From IMG/VR virus record IMGVR_UViG_2912849059_000001: DNA of 64,000 nt. One strand, written 5' to 3'. Source of the DNA: a virus. Below the pieces are notes generated by a model that worked only from the letters and a program-made list of their open reading frames with translations, was not told where the DNA came from and ran no database searches. A program made the position numbers and the translations under genes. Shown here piece by piece: positions 38,026 through 47,398 of the stretch (position 1 is the stretch's first letter; each line of letters begins with the position of its first letter).

Positions 38026-39222
38026 ATGTTCTATTTAGGTATTGATATCGCTAAACATAAACATTATGCGTCCATTATCGATCAAACTGGAAAACCTATT
38101 ACTAAGCCATTTCCCTTTCGGAATCACAAAGAAGGTGGACAAGCACTATTAAATTGGATGTACCGATACATTGAGTCTCCTACAGAAATAATGATTGGAA
38201 TGGAGGCAACAGGACATTATTGGTTAGCCGTTTATTCTTTTCTACTGGATCATGGCTTCTCAGTCGTTGTATTAAACCCAATTCAAACCAATGCCTGGCG
38301 AAAAGGCACAGAAATTAGAAAGCGGAAAACAGACGCCATTGATGCCACTATGATTGCCGATATCATTCGATTCGGCCGTTTTGTTGAAACCCCACTTGTG
38401 GACGAGAAAATGTTCGCTCTAAAACAAATGAGCCGCTTTCGTAATGCGCTTGTAAGTAATATGAGTGATTTAAAACGAAAAGCTCTTGTCGTATTAGATC
38501 AGACTTTCCCAGAGTACCAAAGCATCTTTTCGGATGTTTTTGGTAAAACTTCTTCACAAATCTTACTTGAATATTCCTCTCCCAGTGACTATGAACAGAT
38601 ATCTATTGATGATTTAACACAAATAATTGAGCAAACCAGTCGTAACCGACTTGGGAAGAAAACAGCCAACAAACTAATGGAATTAGCCTCTAATTCGTTT
38701 GGTGTTACCTTCTGTAAAAACGCTTTTTCCTTTCAACTAAAAATGTTGATGGAGCAAATTCGTTTTATCGAAGATCAAATCAAAGAGTGTGAAGAAGAAA
38801 TGTCACAACTTTTAATTGATTTAGATACTCCTATCATGACAATACCTGGCGTTGGACCGATTTTAGGTGCCACTATACTAAGTGAAATTGGGGATATACA
38901 CCGCTTTGACAAACCATCTAAACTTGTCGCTTACGCAGGCATCGATGCCTCTGTGTCCCAATCTGGGCAATTTGAATCCTCAGGTACGTCTATATCCAAG
39001 CGTGGTTCTTCTCATTTGCGTAGAGCCTTATTCCAGGCGGCTATTACAGCTCATAAACATGACCCTGTATTAAAAGCCTTTTATGAAAAGAAACGAAAGC
39101 AAGGAAAGCACTACTATGTTTGTATAGGAGCCGTAGCTAGAAAGCTGTGTTACATTATCTACGCCATTCTTAAAAGCAATAAACCGTATGAAGTTCCTCC
39201 ACATTCACCAGTAGAAACTTGA
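38026..39222 (+). CDS. IS110 transposase/recombinase
   Basis: GIDIAK, MEATGHYW, KTDAIDA (DEDD); IPGVG; AYAGID..QSG. Confidence 0.96.
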   Translation: MFYLGIDIAKHKHYASIIDQTGKPITKPFPFRNHKEGGQALLNWMYRYIESPTEIMIGMEATGHYWLAVYSFLLDHGFSVVVLNPIQTNAWRKGTEIRKRKTDAIDATMIADIIRFGRFVETPLVDEKMFALKQMSRFRNALVSNMSDLKRKALVVLDQTFPEYQSIFSDVFGKTSSQILLEYSSPSDYEQISIDDLTQIIEQTSRNRLGKKTANKLMELASNSFGVTFCKNAFSFQLKMLMEQIRFIEDQIKECEEEMSQLLIDLDTPIMTIPGVGPILGATILSEIGDIHRFDKPSKLVAYAGIDASVSQSGQFESSGTSISKRGSSHLRRALFQAAITAHKHDPVLKAFYEKKRKQGKHYYVCIGAVARKLCYIIYAILKSNKPYEVPPHSPVET

Positions 39223-39475
39223 TTCTTTCATTTTTTTGAAAACCCTTAGGTTTATTTGGTGTGCCCTTTTTTAGATGAACCAATAGTTAAATGATATAGC
39301 GTTGTATGAATACTTTATGAAGACGTTTAGCCACTTCCTATCGAATCCAGTGGATTTATTTTCAAAATCCTCTAGCAATATTTTTTGAAAATGTCCCCTT
39401 GACTTTTCATAGTTGGTCTTTCAAATTTTGACCAAAATAAAAAAGCCTGCTGCAGCACGCTCAATTTCGATAAAG

Positions 39476-39724
39476 TTATATGTTCATTTTCTTCCACGCG
39501 TATTCTAGTGGTTCAGTACGTGGTGGTTTCATTACTGCTTTTTCAGTAGTTTTGCTTTCGTTTCGGGAGAAATTAAACATAACCCCTTTTCGTGTGGCGG
39601 TTTGCCTCACCCCTGTAATATACATTTCACTGATTTCTAATTTTGAGCCTTTGCGTATTTGTGGTTTACGTTGTACGGTTGGATACAGTGTTTTTGGTTG
39701 AATTATTATGCCTTTTATTGTCAT
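39476..39724 (-). CDS. Small tail-module protein
   Basis: 82 aa, last gene before the holin. Confidence 0.65.
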   Translation of the reverse strand: MTIKGIIIQPKTLYPTVQRKPQIRKGSKLEISEMYITGVRQTATRKGVMFNFSRNESKTTEKAVMKPPRTEPLEYAWKKMNI

Positions 39725-39737
39725 AAAATCACCAGCC

Positions 39738-40688
39738 TTATTCTACTCTTAATGCAATGTTGTACTCTGAAAATGAACTCCATACATTTGAGTAGTAGGT
39801 GTTAAATAATTTATATTTCTGGACTTCTCCATCTTGAGAAATTTCAACGATATCGCCAATTACAAAATTTGAACCTCTATATGTGTAAAGGCCATCAAAT
39901 TTTGCTCTTAATCCATCTACGTTATCTCCCATGAAAAATGATGTAAATATTATATTTCCTTCTAAAGATGGTGCCTTTAAAAATACCTTATCCCAAATGA
40001 AAATAGGAACAGAAACATTTTTTAATCCCTCATATATAAGTTTACTTCTAGCAGCCACCAGTGCTGCATAAGGGTCCCATTTTGGACAAACGCTCACCAA
40101 TACACTAAAAGGAGAAGATATAGGTGTGAATTGTTCTTGTTGATATAGTTCATCTGGAATACCAAATAATCCTATTACAGTCTTCCCTTTTCGTTCTGGA
40201 AGATTATCATCGTTTTCATAAACACAATAGATAACAATGTCTTTATCAACGTATAAATATAGGTCCACCATAGCAATTGGTTTACTAATAGTAGTAATAC
40301 TAGCGTTGTTAGTTGTTTTCCCTTGATGAAAACATAATGGGTAAAACGAACCAGGTCCTCCAAAAGTAATATCCTTCTCTTTATCATATCGTTCAATTAA
40401 TCTAAAGCTTGCATCAGTAGCAGACTTACCAGGATCTCTTATATCATAGTCCCTATATACTCCTGCTATAATATCTTGGCTACTTGCAGTGACGTGATCG
40501 AATGGGCGCAATTCTATAGAATGGTTCTTCATACCGTCGTTACCGCTTGAGTACATGACGTAAATTTTATCTTTTGATGGCGCATCAGCATTTAATTGCT
40601 GCCATCCAGCCTTTTTCATTTCATCAATAATCTTCATAAAGACTTCTCTTCGTTCTAGTCTGTGTAACTTACAAATTTTATTTGTCAT
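39738..40688 (-). CDS. Fibre/structural protein, distant paralogue of the 449/578-aa proteins
   Basis: IIDEMKKAGWQ N-terminus; DGLRAKFDGLY..GD C-terminus. Confidence 0.6.
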   Translation of the reverse strand: MTNKICKLHRLERREVFMKIIDEMKKAGWQQLNADAPSKDKIYVMYSSGNDGMKNHSIELRPFDHVTASSQDIIAGVYRDYDIRDPGKSATDASFRLIERYDKEKDITFGGPGSFYPLCFHQGKTTNNASITTISKPIAMVDLYLYVDKDIVIYCVYENDDNLPERKGKTVIGLFGIPDELYQQEQFTPISSPFSVLVSVCPKWDPYAALVAARSKLIYEGLKNVSVPIFIWDKVFLKAPSLEGNIIFTSFFMGDNVDGLRAKFDGLYTYRGSNFVIGDIVEISQDGEVQKYKLFNTYYSNVWSSFSEYNIALRVE

Positions 40689-40703
40689 TCTGTATGTTCC
40701 TCC

Positions 40704-41084
40704 TTAACTTAAACGTATCGCTTTCATAGAAACATTAAAAGTAGAGTTTGCTACGCCCCTATTTTCTATATAAAGATGGACCTTGTTTGTATGATCTTTA
40801 TCCTCGCAAGGAATGGATAAAATATCATACGTTCTTTTTTCGGATAAACTTTTATAGATTTGATTCCCATTCTCTTTTTGATCGTACATAAATAACATTG
40901 CTTCAACATTTGAATCATTTGTAACTTGAATCGTGCGAATATCGTATTTGTTACAACCTACATCTAGTGGAGCATATAGAGTTTTTCCTGGTTCAATTGT
41001 AATTTTTATATTCCTCTCAATAAGGATTGATGGTGTAATCTCACTTTCCGATGTATATCTATATAATTTCATTACAGTTCCCAT
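40704..41084 (-). CDS. Small beta-rich tail-module protein
   Basis: 126 aa. Confidence 0.65.
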   Translation of the reverse strand: MGTVMKLYRYTSESEITPSILIERNIKITIEPGKTLYAPLDVGCNKYDIRTIQVTNDSNVEAMLFMYDQKENGNQIYKSLSEKRTYDILSIPCEDKDHTNKVHLYIENRGVANSTFNVSMKAIRLS

Positions 41085-41096
41085 ATTGTATTCACC

Positions 41097-43097
41097 TCAA
41101 TTGTGTTTTAGATGAATATTAAAATAAATTGGTTCGAATGCTAGGAAATTTGTATCCTTCACAACCTTTACCCAAAAATCACGCGTACTTTGTGCGGTTA
41201 CTGAATCAATCTGTATTTCATTTGAATAGCTTGTCCCATCTAACGAAATAAGCGCCCAGGTGTAACCGACTTTCTCCATGTACTGTTGAATGGATAGTTT
41301 TATATTTGTAGCAGCACCGATGTTATCATTTACGATTGTCATTTTTACAACACGCTCATTATTCACCATGTAACCTAAGTTCGTTGGATCCGTTGTATTT
41401 AATTCTGCGCTATTCATTTTGATTTGCAGGGATGAACCCATGCAATACATATCCCCACCGTAAAAGGTAGCTTGTTTCTTTGCTATTAGTTCGTTTTCTT
41501 CATCATATATTTCTATGATTCCCTCAAACTCTAAAGAAGGAAGTAGAATATCAATGCCTGTATGAGCTACAGCTACAATGTTAGTAGACAGGATATTATC
41601 TGCAGTATCTTTTAATACAACCTTATAATTTTCATATAGTTGGCGCAGACGTAACATATTGCTTGTTGTCATAATAATTTTATTGATGTCTAGTGGTACA
41701 AATTCCTCTGCAGTTCCTCTTTTTAAAACAACACCAATTCTTTTTGCTGCCAATGAATCGTTATCCGCATAATCAAAAAATGTATCTGTCTTTGTATAAA
41801 AGTCCCATTGATCTTCCTTACATATTGCCATCCACTCTTTATTGCTTTGTGAACTATTAGAAGAATATGATTCAAGAAACTCAACTTTATTCTTTTCGTT
41901 TTGATAGATCAGTAAGCCGCCTTCATCTCCTTCTTTTGTAGGAGCATAATCCACAATAACCTGGATTGCAAAGTTACTTTGTGGTTTATCGATTAAAAGC
42001 ATAACGTCTTTATCTGTAGAATGATTCATACGTAAGAATCCTTTTTTAACAGCATTGTTAAATGCATTTGATGGTGACATAAGCCATTTTGGATTTATGG
42101 AATCAAAATCATCTACAAATATTTTTCCGCTTTCTTTTTCGTATAAGGATACTTTTTCTTTTTTATGATTAAAAGGACCTAACTTTCCGTCAGCATCGAT
42201 GTCAATTGCATCAAGATTTATAAAATATCCTTTTATTTCAACAGTATGCTCTTGGTTCATTAGACCTACCTTCTCATATACTAGTGTCTGTAAGGATGAA
42301 GATTGACCAGCAGGCTTAAAGAAGTTAATTATTTCTTCTACTCCATCAACTAGTATCGTAGCGTTAGCATCATACGACATGTTCATAACACCAATAATTC
42401 TAACTCTTGTACCCATAAAATTGAACTTGAGTGAAACTGGATTCTTATCAGGTGGATTGTTTGACGTACTGTGTTTATAGTGCGAAGTCGAGTTATAAAA
42501 ATCACTATGAATTAAATCTGCCCATACGCCCTCGTATTTGATATTGCTATCCGTATCATCAAACCGTTTCCAATCTGGTTCTGGTTCTTTTAATATATCA
42601 CCAACTTTAGCACCTAAATCTGCGTAATCAATAGCAGCTAAAAATGTATAAATAAGTCCAGGTGTTCCTGGTGGTAGAGCGGAACCTTTTGCTGTAACTG
42701 TAACGAGATGCTCACCTTTCACTAAATTTAGTTTTTCAAAACAAACATGAAAAGAACTAGAAGTAGCAGGAACCGAACCAGTAAACTTAGTTCCATCAAT
42801 ACTGACTTCAATGTTAAATCTGTGTTCACGCCACCTTTTAAGCATTATGCGTAAAGCTGTTCCAGTAAACTTAAACGAAAATGAGTGGCCCTCTTCTCTC
42901 CCTACAAACCAGGCACTTGCATCGCTAAGGTTATCATCTTTCCCTACTACATCCCATTTTCCATCCTGTGCAGTATTAGTACCATATGGTGGCACATCGT
43001 AAAAAAACTTACCTGGACCTACATTTGCTAAACTGCAATACTTTCGTGTCCAACCGGATTCTGGGTTTAGTAGACTTTTTCCTAATTGATTGGCCAT
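41097..43097 (-). CDS. Adhesion/receptor-binding-like protein with repeated beta-sandwich modules
   Basis: LLNPESGWTRKY and ILKEPEPDWKRFDD repeats, then lectin-like and Ig-like regions. Confidence 0.6.
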   Translation of the reverse strand: MANQLGKSLLNPESGWTRKYCSLANVGPGKFFYDVPPYGTNTAQDGKWDVVGKDDNLSDASAWFVGREEGHSFSFKFTGTALRIMLKRWREHRFNIEVSIDGTKFTGSVPATSSSFHVCFEKLNLVKGEHLVTVTAKGSALPPGTPGLIYTFLAAIDYADLGAKVGDILKEPEPDWKRFDDTDSNIKYEGVWADLIHSDFYNSTSHYKHSTSNNPPDKNPVSLKFNFMGTRVRIIGVMNMSYDANATILVDGVEEIINFFKPAGQSSSLQTLVYEKVGLMNQEHTVEIKGYFINLDAIDIDADGKLGPFNHKKEKVSLYEKESGKIFVDDFDSINPKWLMSPSNAFNNAVKKGFLRMNHSTDKDVMLLIDKPQSNFAIQVIVDYAPTKEGDEGGLLIYQNEKNKVEFLESYSSNSSQSNKEWMAICKEDQWDFYTKTDTFFDYADNDSLAAKRIGVVLKRGTAEEFVPLDINKIIMTTSNMLRLRQLYENYKVVLKDTADNILSTNIVAVAHTGIDILLPSLEFEGIIEIYDEENELIAKKQATFYGGDMYCMGSSLQIKMNSAELNTTDPTNLGYMVNNERVVKMTIVNDNIGAATNIKLSIQQYMEKVGYTWALISLDGTSYSNEIQIDSVTAQSTRDFWVKVVKDTNFLAFEPIYFNIHLKHN

Positions 43098-43112
43098 TGT
43101 ATTCTCTCCTAC

Positions 43113-45626
43113 TTATCTCGTTTTCTTCCAGTTTGAATTTGTCCACCAGGATTGACGACTATGCCGCAGCCATAACTTAGGATCATCATTTTCTTTTTCG
43201 ATAACTATTAATTCATCTGGTTTTTCTGTATCTAGTACTCTCTCCATTTTGAATAGCTCATTATCTTCTGGAACTGATTCTCTTTCTGGTGTACGTTCAA
43301 ACCGTTCATATTTCTCTGTAACGCTTTCTAATTCATGTTCCCTATAAAATGTCTCTCCTTCGTTAGTTGCAGCTTCTATGCTAGTCTGTCGCTCTAATAA
43401 TTCATGTTCACTAACGATTGCATACCGTTCAGATTCCCTTGCTGCATCTACTGTTTCAATTACATTTGTATCGGCTGTTATAACTTCTTTATCAGCCGGT
43501 GTTATATCAGAGATAATTCCGCCTTCAAATTCACGTATACCGGTAAAAGCTTCTTGCTCTGTAATAAGGGCTTGTTGTGAATCTTGTTTGTAAGAAATGT
43601 CTAAAGTTATGTGTTCAGCATCTAAGATAACTGGAACGATGTCTGAAGCTACTTCTTCAATTACTGCAGTTGTATGTTCTTTTATTGCTTTTTCAGATTC
43701 AATTGTTTGATCTAGCTTCATTTGCATCACATTTAGTGATTTAGATGAATCATTAAGTAAGGCAATACGTGTTTCTAGTTCTTTTTGAACACGGCCAAAC
43801 AAATCGAATTCTGGAAGATATACAGGAATACCAAGGCCCTCAAATAAATCAAACTCTTCTATGGTAGTTTGTAATTCTTTTTCGGTTTTATTGGCCACTT
43901 CATCAGTATTTACATCAGTAATAAGTACGCGTTCTTTTAATCCAAATGAAGAAATTTCATCAACATGTGTAAGTACTGGAGTATCTTCTTTATCAGCTTG
44001 TTCCAGTTCAACTACAGTTGCTTGTAGCTCATTTTTCACTTCTGCAAATGTAACGTTTGGCGATACGCCTTGTAATTCTTTTAAGATACGATGAGAATAA
44101 TCTGCATCAGTAATACCGGCATTTATTTCATGTAACCTTTCTGCTTCTTCTGTGACAATTGTCTGTATCTCGAATATGTTTTGCGATTTATTCGCATCGT
44201 CAGTTTCGGAAATGTCTTTAACAGATAATATCCGTGAAGTATTTTCAACTTCTTGTCCTACCTCTATAGCTACAGTAAATACATTTTCTTTATTTGCGAA
44301 TTCTTGTTGATCGGCATAAACAGAATCAAGTGTTTCTACTATACGTTCAAATGTGTGTATTGTATCTACATTCGCATACTGTTCTTTTGTTCTTGTAAAT
44401 GATGCGGATTCATTTCTTTCAGAATCGAATATATTTATTTTCTTGCTTACGTCGTTACTTGCGATAACATCTGCTGCAAGTTCCTTTGTTCGAATAGAGT
44501 GATCCAGGTTAATTTGAGCTACATCTATGTCACGAATTAAATACGCACTTTCAATATCTTCATAAGGAAGCAGGTCCACATTTTCAATTTCTTCTACACG
44601 ATTCAACTCATATTGTTTAGCAATAGACGTTTCAATGTCTCTTTGCATACGAGCGAATAAATCATAATCCGGAAGATAAACCGGTATACCCATACCATTG
44701 AACAAATCAAATTCTTCTATGATTCCTTTGACTTCTCGCTCTTTTGTACAAAATTCGAATTGTGCCGGAGCATGAAGAAGTATTTCTTTTTGCTGTATAT
44801 CACCAGTTTCATTTTCGGCAATAGATACAGGGAATATATTTGGAACTGCATTAGATAAAGTAACCTCTGCATGTGTAGCTTTTAGCTCCCTGGTAACAAT
44901 CTCGCTCGTTTCATTATGCATTGATACAGCTTCATAATCCGTTGTAACTCTGTCTGCCATAAGGTCATTATAAAAACCCTCACCGTATACAATACGTGCA
45001 ACATTTACCCATTCTGGTAATACTTCCACACCTGCAGCGAATTCACGTAACTTACCTTTTAGTAAATCCTGCTGTATGATCGGCGCAACTTCATATTCAT
45101 TCGTTATAAGATTTGTTACATCAGAAGCGTGTACCATTGCTTCTATCTCACTTGGTTTTTCGCTCTCTACCCCTTCGATATGGTTTATATCGAAAATTCG
45201 TCTATGTTGTGTTGATTCTTCTGCTGAAATTAGTTGAACAGAAATACTGTCCATTCGTTGCGAATGCTGCATTTCAATGTTGGCCACATTTATATTTCGA
45301 TTTAAATCAGAATCAGTTGCATTTGAAATGAAGGCTTCTACCTCTATTTGTCGCAATGCATTCTCTACAACATCTGTTAAAATCCCTTTTGCTCTTACTT
45401 TTGTGGCAGTTACTCCTGCGTTATCTTCTTTAACAGCCTTATATCTCGCATAAGGAGCAATACAAACTGGATAATCGACATCATTTTTATTTTCTGTATT
45501 CGCAGGTGTAATAGAAAAAGAATAAACTTTTTCATTCTGATTAGGTCCAGAACCAACGACAACAACATGACTTTTTTCTTTGGTACATATAGAAGGGGAA
45601 GCAATAGAATAAACTTTTTCACTCAT
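43113..45626 (-). CDS. Large acidic protein with internal repeats, 837 aa
   Basis: IEEFDLF-G-GIPVYLP--DLF-R-Q--ET-I twice; E/D/V/I/T-rich. Confidence 0.75.
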   Translation of the reverse strand: MSEKVYSIASPSICTKEKSHVVVVGSGPNQNEKVYSFSITPANTENKNDVDYPVCIAPYARYKAVKEDNAGVTATKVRAKGILTDVVENALRQIEVEAFISNATDSDLNRNINVANIEMQHSQRMDSISVQLISAEESTQHRRIFDINHIEGVESEKPSEIEAMVHASDVTNLITNEYEVAPIIQQDLLKGKLREFAAGVEVLPEWVNVARIVYGEGFYNDLMADRVTTDYEAVSMHNETSEIVTRELKATHAEVTLSNAVPNIFPVSIAENETGDIQQKEILLHAPAQFEFCTKEREVKGIIEEFDLFNGMGIPVYLPDYDLFARMQRDIETSIAKQYELNRVEEIENVDLLPYEDIESAYLIRDIDVAQINLDHSIRTKELAADVIASNDVSKKINIFDSERNESASFTRTKEQYANVDTIHTFERIVETLDSVYADQQEFANKENVFTVAIEVGQEVENTSRILSVKDISETDDANKSQNIFEIQTIVTEEAERLHEINAGITDADYSHRILKELQGVSPNVTFAEVKNELQATVVELEQADKEDTPVLTHVDEISSFGLKERVLITDVNTDEVANKTEKELQTTIEEFDLFEGLGIPVYLPEFDLFGRVQKELETRIALLNDSSKSLNVMQMKLDQTIESEKAIKEHTTAVIEEVASDIVPVILDAEHITLDISYKQDSQQALITEQEAFTGIREFEGGIISDITPADKEVITADTNVIETVDAARESERYAIVSEHELLERQTSIEAATNEGETFYREHELESVTEKYERFERTPERESVPEDNELFKMERVLDTEKPDELIVIEKENDDPKLWLRHSRQSWWTNSNWKKTR

Positions 45627-45647
45627 TCTTCTGCTACCCCCTTATGC

Positions 45648-47384
45648 TTAAATATCTTCTTTGTAGATTGCTAAACCAATTGGATTAAATGGTGTTGCTT
45701 TCGCTTGTGTCATAGGACAAACCGGCGTTGTTGGTAATGTATAACGATATAATTGGGCCATTTCATAAGCGCCTGTGATTTCAGAACCAATAACCGGTGC
45801 TTCGTTAAATGTAACGGTCTTATCCTCTGCATTGTATACATAATCTGTTTTTTCTACTTCTTTACATGAAATGAATAATCGTAACGTTTCGCCCTTTGGT
45901 TTATGTTCTAAATGAAATACTTTACGGTGGCCATCACCTTGACCAAGTACTTCATCTACAACTGTTTTTTCAATTTCTAGCTCATCAGCTTGCTGGATAT
46001 TCTTTGGATGAACCGCATATACGTCATCCAGTTTTCCAACGTATCCATCATTTGGATGCACAATATAAATTTGAGATAAATGGTATTTACCACTATAAAC
46101 CGATGGATTAAAGCGTCCTTGGCCACTATCTACTGACATATCATGAGTAATGAAAGCTAAATAATGATGCTGGTACATGGCTCCTGTACTTGATTGTGAT
46201 AATTGAACCGTTTCATTTCCGTTTGATGTATCAGAACCATAATCAAGTGGCGCATTACCGATTTTCTTATTTGGTGAATATACAAATTGGTCGCCTGGTC
46301 TGCAGCCGCTTAAAATAATCATGTTTTTTCTTGGTGCAACATCGAATGTATATAATTTTCCAATATACAACGGAACAAATAATGCACGAACTGGATTTGG
46401 CGTTGGATCTACACGCATAAACATAATTAAGCGGTCCTTGTTTGCATTCCCATACAGATAAACAACAGAGTCGCGATTTAATTCTTTAGAGAAACGTTGC
46501 TCCGGTGTAAAACTAATTGATGTATAAGGCGATGGATTCACAAAATTAATCGTAGAATATACTTCGCCCATAATACTTTCCATCTTTTGTACATCGAAAC
46601 TTGTTTTTGCCGTTAATGTATCCAGTGTTCCGTCTTCTTTTGGTAATAAGAAATAAATACCGCTAATCTTAATTGTTGTATCTGCTGCAGGTGCGGTTTT
46701 AAATACAATTTCCGTTTCAGTGAACGAGTACTCGCTAGGATCAACAATAGTATTATCCTTGTAAACTACGGTCCTGCTTTCGTCAAAGTTAGGGAATGGT
46801 AATGCGAAGTTCTTTTTTGTTCCATTTCCTTTTCCTAATTCCCCTAATTTATCACCGGAAAGGATCTCTTTTTCAATAAAGTATCGATTGAAAGTGAACA
46901 GCAGCATGTCATTGTTTGGCTCATATGTGTTGGTAGCTAATCTATATTCGCATGTTACTTTATCGCCTTTTGCAATAGCGGTAGTAAATGTTACTTTTCC
47001 TGTAGTTGCATCCACCTTATATTTACTCTTTTCTTGTTCAAACCCATTTACATATACAATGACAGAAGGGCCAAGAACAGGAGAAACAGGGATAGAGAAA
47101 TCTTTCTTCACGCCATCCCCCATCCCTAATTTACCTAGTGGAGAATCTGCAGAAATAAACCGGCTATCAGTGAAATCAGAATCCGCAGTGTCATACGCAT
47201 TTGCTATACCGAATCTTCTGCGTTCGCCATCACTTCCTAACGATTCAAACAACCTTACATCAATAAATTTTGAAATGCCGCTCTTAATTTGGAAAAATAG
47301 CGTTCGTTTCCAACCGTTATCAGCAAATAGTTTTTCTAATTCTTGCGGTAATGTTTGTAAATATACGACTTTATCAAACCACAT
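45648..47384 (-). CDS. Fibre/structural protein with three G-G(D/N)G-K-F modules, 578 aa
   Basis: LGMGDGVKKDF, LGKGNGTKKNF, LGQGDGHRKVF; FNPSVYS motif. Confidence 0.7.
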   Translation of the reverse strand: MWFDKVVYLQTLPQELEKLFADNGWKRTLFFQIKSGISKFIDVRLFESLGSDGERRRFGIANAYDTADSDFTDSRFISADSPLGKLGMGDGVKKDFSIPVSPVLGPSVIVYVNGFEQEKSKYKVDATTGKVTFTTAIAKGDKVTCEYRLATNTYEPNNDMLLFTFNRYFIEKEILSGDKLGELGKGNGTKKNFALPFPNFDESRTVVYKDNTIVDPSEYSFTETEIVFKTAPAADTTIKISGIYFLLPKEDGTLDTLTAKTSFDVQKMESIMGEVYSTINFVNPSPYTSISFTPEQRFSKELNRDSVVYLYGNANKDRLIMFMRVDPTPNPVRALFVPLYIGKLYTFDVAPRKNMIILSGCRPGDQFVYSPNKKIGNAPLDYGSDTSNGNETVQLSQSSTGAMYQHHYLAFITHDMSVDSGQGRFNPSVYSGKYHLSQIYIVHPNDGYVGKLDDVYAVHPKNIQQADELEIEKTVVDEVLGQGDGHRKVFHLEHKPKGETLRLFISCKEVEKTDYVYNAEDKTVTFNEAPVIGSEITGAYEMAQLYRYTLPTTPVCPMTQAKATPFNPIGLAIYKEDI

Positions 47385-47398
47385 ATATGTACACTCCT

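Larger units (their letters stand above)
37744..39419 (+). mobile_element. IS110-family element (1676 bp) inserted at a CT core in the holin RBS
   Basis: CT at 37742-37743 and 39418-39419; removal restores TTGAAAGGAGGTGAG; no terminal IRs. Confidence 0.9.

Noticed and set aside
41097-47384. Diversity-generating retroelement or invertible tail switch
   Set aside because: No reverse transcriptase, TR/VR pair or invertase; the only long repeat is the near-exact duplication
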